DNA from: Raillietiella orientalis
Lineage: Eukaryota
Assembly: GCA_036172245.1 (NCBI GenBank)
Contig: JAYWIR010000105.1
Coordinates: 62,001-126,000 of the forward strand
DNA length: 64,000 nucleotides
Direction: 5' to 3'
Shown here: in pieces, positions 11,401 to 25,290 of the stretch
Numbering within the stretch: position 1 is the stretch's first letter
How the letters are laid out: every line of letters begins with the position of its first letter
The notes under the pieces: model-generated
Database searches by the model: none
What the model was told of the DNA's origin: nothing
The model's input: only the letters and a program-made list of their open reading frames with translations
Translations under genes and position numbers: made by a program

Positions 11401-14400
11401 AGACGTACGCAGGCTAGCCGAATACCTTGCGGGAACCAAGAGGCAGGCGTGGCAGCCGGGTCGGCCAGCTTACTGGACGACCAGGACACTAAGCACTCGG
11501 CTCCCGTTCAGGTAAAAGGCTTATTAAAAAAATTCTACTTATCCCTGTACGCGCGCGCTTTACCGGAACAGGATGTTTCGCGACTTCTTCTTCCGGAAGG
11601 CGCTCCGGCGATCCGGGAGGAAGATAGAAAGACCCTCGACGAGCCTTTCACAATGGGCGAGATCATCTCGGCCATCGGAAAGCTCAAGAGGCGGAAGGCT
11701 CCAGCGAAGGACGGAATGAAAGTGGAATTTTTTTAATGTTTCCCAACAAAGCTCACTCCTCTGGTGAAGAAACTCACCTTGCTGATCCGCGAAACGGGCG
11801 ACGTCCCCGCCTCGTTTCGTTCGGCAAAGGTGCGTCTCCTCCCTAAAGGAGGAGACCTTCGGAGCATGAGCAACTGGCGGCCGATTACCGTGATAAACGC
11901 GGACGCCAAGTTGCTGGCGAAATTGTGGGCTCAACGCCTGGGGCGGTCAGCGGAAAGCTTCATTAGCCCGGAGCAGACATATGCTGTTCCTGGGCGGAGC
12001 ATGGATGCCAACCTGTTCCTCGCCAGCACCTTTTTCGCGCTCCAACAGGGAAGGGTCAGGAAGGGCAACCGGACTTCCGGAATGTCCGCCGCTAGGAAAC
12101 GGGATGGTTGGGGGGGGGAAAGATTCCTCGCAGTCGCAGTCGATTTGCATAAAGCATTCGACTGTGTCGACCAGAGGCTCCTCCTGGAGCTCCAGGAACG
12201 CTTGGGCTTCCCGGTCTCTTTGCTGACCTACCTGCGATCCTGCTGGCGCGACGCGCTCATCCAGATCTTTTTCAGTGGACACACCGTGCACGGCGTACCG
12301 GTGCGACGCGGCATACGGCAGGGAGACAGCCTGAGTCCCTTGCTCTTCAGTACCTACTTCGAGTTGGTACTGAGAGCGTACAGCGAAACTCTAGCGCACC
12401 TGCCGCGCGACTATCCCTGTACGCCCGCGGTGTCAGTATATGCAGCCGACCTACTGCTGCTGCTTCCTATGTCAACCCCGGCATCGGCGGTGGAGGAATT
12501 CTTCGACCTTCTAAGTCGGGGAACCGGGCTTGAGGTGAACAGGGCGAAGTCGTCCGTCATGCCAATCGGTGCGGCGTGGGCAGGGCAGCCGGACTGGGTC
12601 CATTTAGGGATTCCCACGGTACCGTACTTCAAGTACCTCGGTGCACCGATGGGTGATTATCTTCCTTCGGATGCGTGGTCCAGCTGCCTTCAAAAGGTAG
12701 AACGGCGATCGGCCCGTTCCAAGGCCGCAGGTTTTTCATGCCGGAACGGGCCGCGGTGTGTGACGCATTCGCGGCCCCCCTCCTCCGTTTTCTGCTTTTC
12801 GTTTGTCTTCCCACCACAGAAACTAAAAAGCGGACAAAGGACCTCCTAAGGATTGCCCTGTGGGGTAATGAGGTGCACGAGTCCACCTTGAGGACTTGAG
12901 CGCTTCGCGTCGGAACGGCGGTCTCGGCCTCCTGACGCTAGAGCGGCTGGAGCTCCAGCTCCAGTTTGGGTTACTCGCCCTAGTGGCGAAATATTGGAGT
13001 AACAGTTGGTAAGAGCCCGCACGTCTCCTCGTCGAGCAGGCTACAGGCAAGGTGGGACTGTCATCCTTTCTTGCGCTCCGTCGGCGCCGCCAAGTCGGTC
13101 ACGGCGGGTTGCAGCTGCGGACAGTGGCTGACCTGATGAGGAAGAACGCGGGATGGCTCTGCTGTCTCCCCATTAATGGACCTTCATGGCTGCAGGAAAC
13201 CGTTCAGACGTGGGCAAGGATCAACCATCAACGCACCCAAGAAGAACAGAGACAATTCTTCGCCCGTAATGACCGCCTGACGCTCCGGGAGGTCTTGGAG
13301 AGCCCCCAAAAGCAAGCGTTGAAAAGAAAAACTCCTCTATCTCAATGCTGTTTTCCCCAGTGAAATATCCTGACAGCAACGCTGCGGCGGCATAGGAAGT
13401 GAAAGCTGAAACCTTCGGTACGGAGAAATAAATTGGGCAATGGAAAACAGGGATTCCTTGAGAAACTGCTGCTTGGATAACAACCCAATTGGACTTTTGC
13501 GCTGAGGCAAGCTGCTAAATGTCACGCGGTAACAATTAAAGTGGTCCCCGGTGCTGATGAACACCTCCACCCTCCTTTTAAAATGGCAGGAGTCGGCGCT
13601 TCTGTTGCTGCATTGGGGACTCCCCTGCAACGCCCGCCGACACCATTGGACCTGGGGAGCGGTGAGCTTTAATTGTGCGAGGTGTGGAGCACAAGAGTCC
13701 CTCTCTCACCTCCTTTTGGATTGTGTGGCTCTTCGGCCCCTTTGCAACCATTTTGCCGCGGCAATCGGTATCCCCTGTGGCAATCCCAGAGACGCAGTTA
13801 GGTCCCTCTTCGTTTGCAATGCCCTTCGGCCTTCGGCCTCGTTTGCAGCCCTGTGCTGCTTTCGCAGGATCGTCGCTGCATGGAGCAAGGCAACGGGAGG
13901 ACCACGCGATATAGGTGCCGTCCAGTGCGCAGCCGAATTTATGAGGACGGCGACTGGATGGACCCATCTGGATACATCAATCATAGAACAGCTTGTTGGC
14001 ATTATAGAAAGAATTGAACGGCCCCGCAGCAGATTGTGATCCCTTCCCGTGCTCACCAGATCTTGTTTTTATATTTCCTATTTTTCATTTATTACTTATT
14101 GTTTTATCCCAACCCCCTTAATTTTCGTGGTGGACCGTACCCGACTGGGAACCGGTGAACCGGCAGACTTATTTTTGTTTGTTATTGCGTGGCTGGAACA
14201 CCAGTTTTGCCACAGTGTCTCGATTTATTCGAAACAATAAGCAACTTGGCGCAACCGGGTGAGAAGCGAGTTTACAGATGGCGAAGCCACTCAAGTGCTG
14301 GCGAAGATGCTCCGCCGCTTCCGGATTGCTAGTCCAGTCGGCCGACAACCTCCAGACATTCATCGGAGGTCCTTTGCCAGGCGGAAGATGCTCGCACTCT

Positions 14401-15430
14401 GTCTAGGATGATCCGAAATTTCGGACAGCAGACGCTCTCTTCGATCTATTTGTGAAAGCAGGTGTTCTTCGATGAGCGCATTTCCCGGAAATCTCTCCAT
14501 CCTGGGTTCACAAGCAAGCAAGTTTTAAACGCGCATACCTCGCTCAGGAGTTGCTTGTCCTTCAAGCGGCATCTTTCTTCTGTGAGCAGGTGCACGTTGA
14601 AGTCTTCTGCAAGGAGGTGCGCCACGTTGTGGCCGGAATCGGCGATCTAGAGGCTGCGCAGTTCGCCCAGGAATGCGAGTCGTTTGGCGTAATATGGGCC
14701 GCCGATCAACTCGTAGATGTTCGTAACGAACAAGTCTATTCATTCGGACCATTTGAGAGAGGGTTGAACCATACGATCTTTCTTTTCAAAACAAACGCTC
14801 CGTACCGCCTCCTTCACACTGTCCCGGACGACAAACGATACTCCGCACGTGTGTGCGGAACGCTGCCGCCAGTGTAGCGTCCCGCCCGCGCGATCTTCCG
14901 GATCCGTTGCATGCCGTTCGGATATGCTATGTATCTCCTGCAGCAGAATCAGATCGAACTCGCGCAAAGCGCTGCCTGCCGTCCGCCTTTTGTCAGCATC
15001 GGGGAAACCGTTGACGTTCCAACAGCCCACGCCGACGCGACGAGCGGACGCGAGTCCACGCATCACTGCTGCGGACATGACGGCGTGCTCCTCGCCCCGT
15101 CCGGCGAGAAGTCAGCTGGTAGCAGAGCGAATTGGGAAGCCGAATCGCTCCCGTTCACCGCCACATCGCACCCTGCTGAGTCCTGGGAGCCGAGAATCTT
15201 CGCCTCGGGCTGCGTGTAGGGGCCGGAACCGCCTCCGGCAACAAGCTCGTGCTTGCGCACATTAGCCCGGCGCGCTTGCGGGCTACCCCGGAGTGCGCGC
15301 ATTATTTGTTTGCAATCCGACTCCACCTTGGAGTCCGAATGCCTAGCGCTAGACTGGGGTTTCGCGTGTCTCTTTTGTTTTGGCAGATGGAAGCTTGCCT
15401 CGCCAGCGCGTGGGTTTCCGCAGATCATCT
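8477..15430 (-). mobile_element. LINE L-d (8477-8729 plus 14266-15430), split by L-e and cut by L-c
   Basis: ORF2 start at 15063 (WNVNG); reading ..HLSGFAICKLA at 14266 resumes as DWDDLKRSVREF at ~8725. Confidence 0.85.
8730..14265 (+). mobile_element. LINE L-e: full-length (~5.5 kb), ORF1 8831-10457 and ORF2 10457-14039 with many stops and frameshifts
   Basis: 5' GCGGACG motif, CGHCSTSGHLKKGC knuckle, APE/RT motifs, ends ccgggtg-agaa. Confidence 0.92.
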
Positions 15431-16999
15431 TGGATTATCAGAACATCACAATGTACCGATTCTTGATTAATTACACTGCTTTCTTTCAATGTTCAGTTTG
15501 CACATGAAGAAGGACGTATGATTTCTATGAGCAACAGTTTTCACGTAGCCAACGTGAAGATATTGTCATTATCCGTCGCGGAAAATCTGGAAAAGCAATC
15601 ACAAAACCCTAGAAGTAATACTGATATTTCTTTGGAAATCCTGAATATCGTGAAGATAGCAAGCGACAGGATTCGTAGGAAAGCTAAGAGGTAAGCTGCA
15701 GTATAGTTAGTAGACGAGACTCCTTGCTTGAAGAAATACGTGATTGCCGGATCCAGCTGCTTCTTTATGTGTTTCGAACAAAGTTCTGTTACGCAAGAGC
15801 GGGCTCAGAAGATTCTTTCTGCTACGTGTGTTTTCGAAAGTAACTTCCCAATATGCGTAGAAATTTAATGCAAGCATTTTATTCTTATATTTCACCTTGT
15901 CTCTTAATGTTCAAGTCATGAATTAAAACTGTTTATTGTATATTTTTCCAGCTGTAACGAAATACCACCTATAAAAATCCAAAGTAATGTTCAGAACGTT
16001 TTTATTCTCAAAAGCTCATTCTGCAAGAAGATCTTCAGAGGAACTGTGAAAAACCGTCCGATCAATCACGTGGAGCGAGGAAGCCAACTGTCAAAGGGTT
16101 GTCTCTAAGAGAGGACCAATCACACCTCAACTTGCTCGGAACAGTTCCAGGATTTCGCCCAGGCTGCAGCCTTAAGTATATTTAATAATAAACACGAAAT
16201 TAGAAAATGCAAGAACAGCAATAGAAAAATTAAGCAATGGTTCATAAGCACAGTCACTCAGAAGGGCGCGTTTTCGATATCGATAACAACTGAAAAACAG
16301 TTAATCCAAAAACAGATTACAGAAATACAGAAAATTTTAAAAAAAGAACTATGGAATGTATACAAACGTTAAAAAATTAGGTTACAATGAGGTTACACTA
16401 AGATGTACAAAGTTATACTAAGATAACAATAAGTTCTACTACGGTTATAGGGAGATATGAAAAAAAAAGTACGTACACGGATACCCCAAAATACAAAGGA
16501 CATAGAAACCAGCTTCGAATATACGGACATTCAAAAATCTTTTTCAGGAGAGCTGAAAACCACAGAAAAACAAACGACAATCAACACTCAAACTTTCACA
16601 ACATGCGCCATTATACACACGTGAAATCAGCACAAGAAGTACATACCTATAAGTTGCACCTCCTGGAAAATCCAGATAACAGTTTCCTATGAATTGCTTT
16701 AAAAAAAAACTAACTGACAGAGTAGTTTGGGGATGAAATGGCTGAAATGCTAATAAGAACAGTGCGCATGAGAAAACAACTTACAAAAAGAGACACAGAG
16801 CAACCCCCACGACCCAACATGGGACGTGAATTTTTCAGACCTATCTCGCATGCTCCTGCAACGTTTACAAAAAAAAAAAACAAGGTCCGCGTAGCTCTTC
16901 GAAGACCAATACTTGTGAGAGAGATCTATCCAAAGCAACACTATAATTTCCAATGTCAGAAGAATCACAACCAATTTCGTTTAAGCATAATAACCCAGG

Positions 17000-19900
17000 A
17001 ATCACCTGAAAAAAACAAGACGTGAATGATTTGGTGAAGTGTGAAAATCGCCAAATGCGAAGAAAAAAATTTCTCAGCAATGAACAAGCTCTTTGCGCAA
17101 CGCGAAGCCAAGCCATTCTGAAGAATCGCAATGCCTCATAGCACGGCGAGTAGTGGACGCAATTTAGTGATGAGCACTTTCACGAGCCACACGAATCCAC
17201 AAAGAATCAGGTGACTTTTCGACTGGGCGGCTTCCATACAAGTGGAAACATCCAATGGGCATTGCATGGGGAACCACAAAGGACATGAGAAAAGCAAAAA
17301 CATTCCGCGAACGAGGTCGGAATTACCAAAATAAAACGGACAGAAGAAACAACGGAGCCTGCATTTCAAAGAGAAGCAACAAAGGAAAGCACTGTGACAA
17401 AGAATGCATGAAAACTTGGAGGAAGAGAAGAAAACCATTACTTCCAATGTATGCACACTCAGAACCCGTACGCAACTGCGCACGATAGCTGGACGCATGA
17501 CAAGAGGGCACGTGAATCTCTGGAGGTCGCAGCTCAGGTTCACTGGATACGTGACTCCGAATTCCAATTCATTCGAGTCTTCTCCAGAAGCCCTCAGTAA
17601 CCAACAAGGATGGCTGCCGTGAGAGCGCAAATGGTCAGCAAAAGGACACTGCGGAACAACGCACATTCCGCAACGAGCAAGTGGATAATCTCTGAACTTC
17701 GGAGAAGACATAACAGCAGCACATACGCCATGTAAAGTTCCAGCTTCGCAAAGAAGCAATCACTTCTTTAGAGAGTACCACGTAGCTCAAGTCTATCGAG
17801 AAACTCGGCAAAACTCCGGGAAATGCTATTCAGGGGCGCGATGAACGGACGTGGAGAAGAAGCTTCCTTTCGACGGTAGCAGCGTGCGCGCCCCAGGAAG
17901 AAACATACCACATTCTCCGGCAGTTGGTATGCAAACGAACGAAGAGAAAAGGAAGCGTTCCGTATCTGTGAGGTGCGCGATGCTTGTCGACTTCGCGACG
18001 CCGGATACAACAAGCCGCACGCAGGAAGAGGAAACGCGGTCCGACCAGCGATGCAATGACTCTCTCTACTAATGCTGCTTACGATGGTGAACAAGATGCG
18101 CCACAGCATACTGCTGCCTTCCATAACTTCACACAGGACGAACGGTTTCTTGAGAACTGCATTCAGTAGAGGCGCGTACCTTCTATAGCATTTATACCGG
18201 TTTACGCACATTTCCAGCCAATCCCATCCATGGTCAACACTTGGAACGACATAACTCAAATGTGTCGAACACTCATAGTTTTATGTAGACTCGCACAGTG
18301 GTTTCGGTGATGCAATCTTAAAGTATTCCCAGCTGCATGAACGTTAGCTGCAAATCAGAGGAGCGAAGTCGCTACGAATCTGCGCTACAGAGATGCGTTT
18401 ACGAATATCGGCAATACGCCGTGTGAAGGCACGGATCACTGCAGCCTCCCAATCCGCGCTGCAAGACGGGAAAGAAACTCATGCAGCCAAGGGAAAATTC
18501 TTCCAAGATCTGCCGTTTCCACAGTAGCTTCTAACAAGAAATACCTACAAATCAAGTGATGCAAAACGAATGATCTGCGTATCATAGGAAAAAGGACCTC
18601 GTAGCTTGATAAACAAAACTACATGTCCACAGGTATAATAAACGATGAAAGGCCAACTTTATGAAGTAGGATATAGCAGCCGTTTTTTTGTTCTTTGGGG
18701 CTGCGCTGCGTCAATGTGCTTCGTAAGCTGAGCAATGCAAGATAGAGGCTTTCTTGAACGAAGACATCCTATCAGACTGTCGCAATGCTCCAAAAACATA
18801 CGTCTCAAACGTGTCCACTTCTTTCTTCGCAATTCTCGCCTACAGTCAGATTTGCTGCGAGAACACATAATCTATATCAATAATAATAATGCATCTCCCT
18901 CTCAGCGGCGTCGTCTGAGATTCAACAAACGTATGCGGAATTTCTCCAGGAGGAAGGGAAGCCATCTAGAAAGTGGGAACTCTCGGAACTTACAGGATGG
19001 CCGTCAACTTTCGAGCAGGTTTTGCGGGAATTCCGATTTTACGCTTTTTGTCCTGCGATCGCTTTTCAAATGCAGAAGCTGTGAAGCGAAGGCTTCACTG
19101 ATTGAGACGGAGTCTTCCATGAATTCAGTGACATGGTAGATTTAACCGCATTCACGAGTTGCTTTGCGTGACAGTTGAGAAACAACATACGCCAAACTTA
19201 CTTCAAGGACCAATTCTCAGTATATGTGCTGTGAACAACACTACCTATGATGCCGTTTTTCAGCACAAGCAGCATACCGTTGGTGAGCGAGCAGAAAATC
19301 TCATATTCACTGCCGATTCTGCCTGAAAAGCAGACGACAGTTGGGATGCTTCCTTCGAGATTCTAGGAAAGAACGCCACCTGCTTCGTCCCAGGATAAGG
19401 GCACATCTGCTTTTAAAGTAGCAAATCGGAAGTGGTGTAAAAGGAAGAAACCTACGGGAGTAAAGAAATAGTTATCGGAATTAAAAGAAGAAGCGGAGAA
19501 CTGGCATACAAAAACGATAGAATTAAGAAGTTCGTCGATCGAGAACGCACAAAAGAGAGCAAAAAGTTCCCGAACACGGTACTGATGGTCCCGACAGCTG
19601 GATGTGCATTTCTTGTGCACCAACCGACGATTAAGATGCTGACTTGTTCACTAAACCCGCACGGCAGCAAAGAGCTTGAAATCTCGTGTGCTCTCGTCCA
19701 GCAGTTTGGATCGGTGCGCCTACTCCTCCTCGGGATCGACAATTAGTTTGTTTAGAATCCAAGTCTTCTTTGAGGATCACTGTCATCAGCACGTGACAAA
19801 GATGCCTCCAAACGACAACTGGCGATCTCGGAAGGCTAGAAATCGTTACAAGCTATTAGTGTGGCTAAGAGTCGGTACACAAGAAGTACGCATGCCTCGT

Positions 19901-22900
19901 GCATGTAAGCGAAAGGGAACAAGGTGTCGCATCGGCGTTGACAGCATGCTGGACTGAGCATCCTCAGGACACAAACGATGCAGCGTCATCACCTGTTTCG
20001 TAAGTGTGCCCCAGCGGCCAAGTTTGCGAACACCTATATTCAGGTCCCGGCACTGATGGGCTGCAGTTTCTCTTCATCTACAGAGACCAAAAAATGCCCC
20101 GACTTGCACATTTCTACCGACAGATAGATGCCGCAGTGCTGTTCAGAGCTTAAAGAAAAAATAAGTGCTCCGTATACATTCTCATTGTCAGCTCATGCTC
20201 ATTGCTCGTTCCACCAAAGCATCCAGGGAAGAAAGAAGACGTCGTTGCCTGGAAGTAATTGAACTGCTTTTGCGAAAATTATCGTGAGGAATAGCGTAGA
20301 TAAAAACTTGACGACAAGTGGAGGCAGATCTGCTGCAGTATCGTAAGGTACACAATTCTGTTGGTTGTTTGTTTCCAGTTTCAGCTGCTTGACGCTTAAA
20401 ATCCCACCGCTGTGCCAGGAGGAGATATTTTCAAGACCGATTTAACTTGAAACCTCGTTGGCTGAAGTGGAAATGCCCGTACATTCTTTAGATAACCTCG
20501 AATGCTTCCCTTTACACGCGCGACTCGGCTTCGTGATCACGCATTCGAGCATGCCTTGCAACACACGCTTCTATCGGGTATGCAGAAAGACCAGGATTCC
20601 AGATCCTGCCGGATTGGATGAAGGGCTGCTGCTGCGGACGCTCTGTGTGTTTTGTTGTGCCAGAAATTTTTTTGGCACCGTCGACTTCTCTGCAATCGCT
20701 GAGTGTCTTGCGTGCGGAAAAGGTGAACGATGCACAACTGCTGTGAAAGAGCCACGATCGTCAGCAGTTTCGCGATTCCGCCTTTTCACTCGCATGAGCG
20801 CGTCGCTTAATGGACACCCAGGAAGACGTTCCCATTGTTTTTCTAATTTCTAGGATGAAAATGTTTTAAACGGGAGCACTTCGAACGATCTACGGTACAC
20901 CTGGTCTGACGTATTCGTCTGGCTTTCCGAATAGGAAGAGTGCAAACTCGAATTCGATGGGAACGGAGAAGACTGTCTTCGGAGCCTCGGTAGGAACAAA
21001 GGGCCACAGGACACTGTTAGTTGTTAAATCGCAGATTCCTCCGGAGAGTTTGTGATGTTTGAGATGCTGCGTGAGAACTTGAAACTCTGTGTATCTGAAG
21101 TACGAAGAAAATTGAAATCAGATGCATCTTAGAGAGTTGTTCGATCACCGTCTCATGTTAGGGAACATTAAAAAATGTGTTCCTTAATTCTTAAAGAGGA
21201 CATGCGTAAAACACATTAGAAAAAACGCACTTTCTTTGGTTTCAAAGGTCGGCTGTATAGAAAGAGAGAACCTCGCTTGAGAGCAAGTCGACCATCCCGT
21301 GGATGAGGTGTCACCTTTGCATTTTCGTAAAGTGCATAATCTTGCAAAAAACGACAGAATATTCTGGAGTTAATCATCCGGTTCTTGACAGAGTTAGTGA
21401 CCTCATCATTGTCAGACACTATTTGCTTGGATGGATTTTGAGTTGTGTGGACTACTGGTCGCCGATAGAGGATCTGAGTATCTGATTAGGCGCCGCATTC
21501 ATAAGAGTGAAAAGGGGGAGATGCCAGGCGGCTGACCATCTTGGCTCTCTCACAGCACTTGTCCATCGTGCACTTTTTCCGCATGCAAGACACTCAGCAA
21601 TTGGGGAAAAGTCCACGGAGCCAAAAAAATTTCTGGCACAACAAAACACACAGAGCGTCCGCAGCAGCAGCCCTTCATCCAATCCGGCAGGATCTGGAAT
21701 CCTGGTCTTTCTGCATACCCGATAGAAGCGTGTGTTGCAAGGCATGCTCGAATGCGTGATCACGAAGCCGAGTCGCGCGTGTAAAGGGAAGCATTCGAGG
21801 TTATCCAAAGAATGTACGGGCATTTCCACTTCAGCCAACGAGGTTTCAAGTTAAATCGGTCTTGAAAATATCTCCTCCTGGCACAGCGGTGGGATTTTAA
21901 GCGTCAAGCAGCTGAAACTGGAAACAAACAACCAACAGAATTGTGTACCTTACGATACTGCAGCAGATCTGCCTCCACTTGTCGTCAAGTTTTTATCTAC
22001 GCTATTCCTCACGATAATTTTCGCAAAAGCAGTTCAATTACTTCCAGGCAACGACGTCTTCTTTCTTCCCTGGATGCTTTGGTGGAACGAGCAATGAGCA
22101 TGAGCTGACAATGAGAATGTATACGGAGCACTTATTTTTTCTTTAAGCTCTGAACAGCACTGCGGCATCTATCTGTCGGTAGAAATGTGCAAGTCGGGGC
22201 ATTTTTTGGTCTCTGTAGATGAAGAGAAACTGCAGCCCATCAGTGCCGGGACCTGAATATAGGTGTTCGCAAACTTGGCCGCTGGGGCACACTTACGAAA
22301 CAGGTGATGACGCTGCATCGTTTGTGTCCTGAGGATGCTCAGTCCAGCATGCTGTCAACGCCGATGCGACACCTTGTTCCCTTTCGCTTACATGCACGAG
22401 GCATGCGTACTTCTTGTGTACCGACTCTTAGCCACACTAATAGCTTGTAACGATTTCTAGCCTTCCGAGATCGCCAGTTGTCGTTTGGAGGCATCTTTGT
22501 CACGTGCTGATGACAGTGATCCTCAAAGAAGACTTGGATTCTAAACAAACTAATTGTCGATCCCGAGGAGGAGTAGGCGCACCGATCCAAACTGCTGGAC
22601 GGAAACGAGATTTCAAGCTCTTTGCTGCCGTGCAGGGTTTAGTGAACAAGGAATCAGCATCTCGCATCGTCGAGTTGGTGCACAAGAAATGCACATCCAG
22701 CTGTCGGGACCATCAGTACCGTGTTCGGGACCTTTTTGCTCTCTTTTGTGCGTTCTCGATCGACGAACTTCTTAATTCTATCGTTTTTGTATGCCAGTTC
22801 TCCGCTTCTTCTTTTAATTCCGATAACTATTTCTTTACTCCCGTAGGTTTCTTCCTTTTACACCACTTCCGATTTGCTACTTTAAAAGCAGATGTGCCCT

Positions 22901-25290
22901 TATCCTGGGACGAAGCAGGTGGCGTTCTTTCCTAGAATCTCGAAGGAAGCATCCCAACTGTCGTCTGCTTTTCAGGCAGAATCGGCAGTGAATATGAGAT
23001 TTTCTGCTCGCTCACCAACGGTATGCTGCTTGTGCTGAAAAACGGCATCATAGGTAGTGTTGTTCACAGCACATATACTGAGAATTGGTCCTTGAAGTAA
23101 GTTTGGCGTATGTTGTTTCTCAACTGTCACGCGAAGCAACTCGTGAATGCGGTTAAATCTACCATGTCACTGAATTCATGGAAGACTCCGTCTCAATCAG
23201 TGAAGCCTTCGCTTCACAGCTTCTGCATTTGAAAAGCGATCGCAGGACAAAAAGCGTAATCTCGGAATTCCCGCAAAACCTGCTCGAAAGTTGACGGCCA
23301 TCCTGTAAGTTCCGAGAGTTCCCACTTTCTAGATGGCTTCCCTTCCTCCTGGAGAAATTCCGCATACGTTTGTTGAATCTCAGACGACGCCGCTGAGAGG
23401 GAGATGCATTATTATTATTGATATAGATTATGTGTTCTCGCAGCAAATCTGACTGTAGGCGAGAATTGCGAAGAAAGAAGTGGACACGTTTGAGACGTAT
23501 GTTTTTGGAGCATTGCGACAGTCTGATAGGATGTCTTCGTTCAAGAAAGCCTCTATCTTGCATTGCTCAGCTTACGAAGCACATTGACGCAGCGCAGCCC
23601 CAAAGAACAAAAAAACGGCTGCTATATCCTACTTCATAAAGTTGGCCTTTCATCGTTTATTATACCTGTGGACATGTAGTTTTGTTTATCAAGCTACGAG
23701 GTCCTTTTTCCTATGATACGCAGATCATTCGTTTTGCATCACTTGATTTGTAGGTATTTCTTGTTAGAAGCTACTGTGGAAACGGCAGATCTTGGAAGAA
23801 TTTTCCCTTGGCTGCATGAGTTTCTTTCCCGTCTTGCAGCGCGGATTGGGAGGCTGCAGTGATCCGTGCCTTCACACGGCGTATTGCCGATATTCGTAAA
23901 CGCATCTCTGTAGCGCAGATTCGTAGCGACTTCGCTCCTCTGATTTGCAGCTAACGTTCATGCAGCTGGGAATACTTTAAGATTGCATCACCGAAACCAC
24001 TGTGCGAGTCTACATAAAACTATGAGTGTTCGACACATTTGAGTTATGTCGTTCCAAGTGTTGACCATGGATGGGATTGGCTGGAAATGTGCGTAAACCG
24101 GTATAAATGCTATAGAAGGTACGCGCCTCTACTGAATGCAGTTCTCAAGAAACCGTTCGTCCTGTGTGAAGTTATGGAAGGCAGCAGTATGCTGTGGCGC
24201 ATCTTGTTCACCATCGTAAGCAGCATTAGTAGAGAGAGTCATTGCATCGCTGGTCGGACCGCGTTTCCTCTTCCTGCGTGCGGCTTGTTGTATCCGGCGT
24301 CGCGAAGTCGACAAGCATCGCGCACCTCACAGATACGGAACGCTTCTTTTTCTCTTCGTTCGTTTGCATACCAACTGCCGGAGAATGTGGTATGTTTTTT
24401 CCTGGGGCGCGCACGTTGCTACCGTCGAAAGGAAGCTTCTTCTCCACGTCCGTTCATCGCGCCCCTGAATAGCATTTCCCGGAGTTTTGCCGAGTTTCTC
24501 GATAGACTTGAGCTACGTGGTACTCTCTAAAGAAGTGATTGCTTCTTTGCGAAGCTGGAACTTTACATGGCGTATGTGCTGCTGTTATGTCTTCTCCGAA
24601 GTTCAGAGATTATCCACTTGCTCGTTGCGGAATGTGCGTTGTTCCGCAGTGTCCTTTTGCTGACCATTTGCGCTCTCACGGCAGCCATCCTTGTTGGTTA
24701 CTGAGGGCTTCTGGAGAAGACTCGAATGAATTGGAATTCGGAGTCACGTATCCAGTGAACCTGAGCTGCGACCTCCAGAGATTCACGTGCCCTCTTGTCA
24801 TGCGTCCAGCTATCGTGCGCAGTTGCGTACGGGTTCTGAGTGTGCATACATTGGAAGTAATGGTTTTCTTCTCTTCCTCCAAGTTTTCATGCATTCTTTG
24901 TCACAGTGCTTTCCTTTGTTGTTTCTCTTTGAAATGCAGGCTCCGTTGTTTCTTCTGTCCGTTTTATTTTGGTAATTCCGACCTCGTTCGCGGAATGTTT
25001 TTGCTTTTCTCATGTCCTTTGTGGTTCCCCATGGAATGCCCATTGGATGTTTCCACTCGTATGGAAGCCGCCCAGTCGAAAAGTCACCTGATTCTTTGTG
25101 GATTCGTGTGGTTCGTAAAAGTGCTCTTTATTTGGACGTGTCTACTTCTCGCTGTGATATCAAGCATTGCGATCATCTAGAATGCCCTCGTTTCACGTTC
25201 CTCAAACTGCTTGCTCAATTCTGCGCAATCTGCTTTTCGTTTTCATTTCCGGTTGTTTCCAGTTCACTGAGAGTTTGTTTTTTTTAGGTT
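17000..25290. repeat. Large inverted duplication: arms ~17185-20676 and ~21620-25113 near-identical, diverged extensions to ~17000/25290 and ~20810/21485, spacer ~675 bp
   Basis: Mirror-image ORFs with constant coordinate sums (17759+24539, 18259+24039, 18735+23563 and 19363+22935 all equal 42298). Confidence 0.95.
18906..20810 (+). pseudogene. Decayed multi-exon gene of unknown family in arm 1 (mirrored on the - strand in arm 2)
   Basis: Candidate introns 19019-19075, 19220-19263 and 20343-20384; the first two splice in frame to give protein-like text with internal stops. Confidence 0.5.

Noticed and set aside
17136..18259. 207 aa and 163 aa ORFs (and their mirrors at 24039-25180) as genes
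   Set aside because: No recognisable domain; their duplication only reflects the palindrome, though an outward-facing exon near the outer edge cannot be excluded
19076..20340. Alternative genetic code explaining in-frame stops
   Set aside because: TGA, TAA and TAG all occur as interruptions and LINE ORFs end at standard stops; pseudogene decay is simpler
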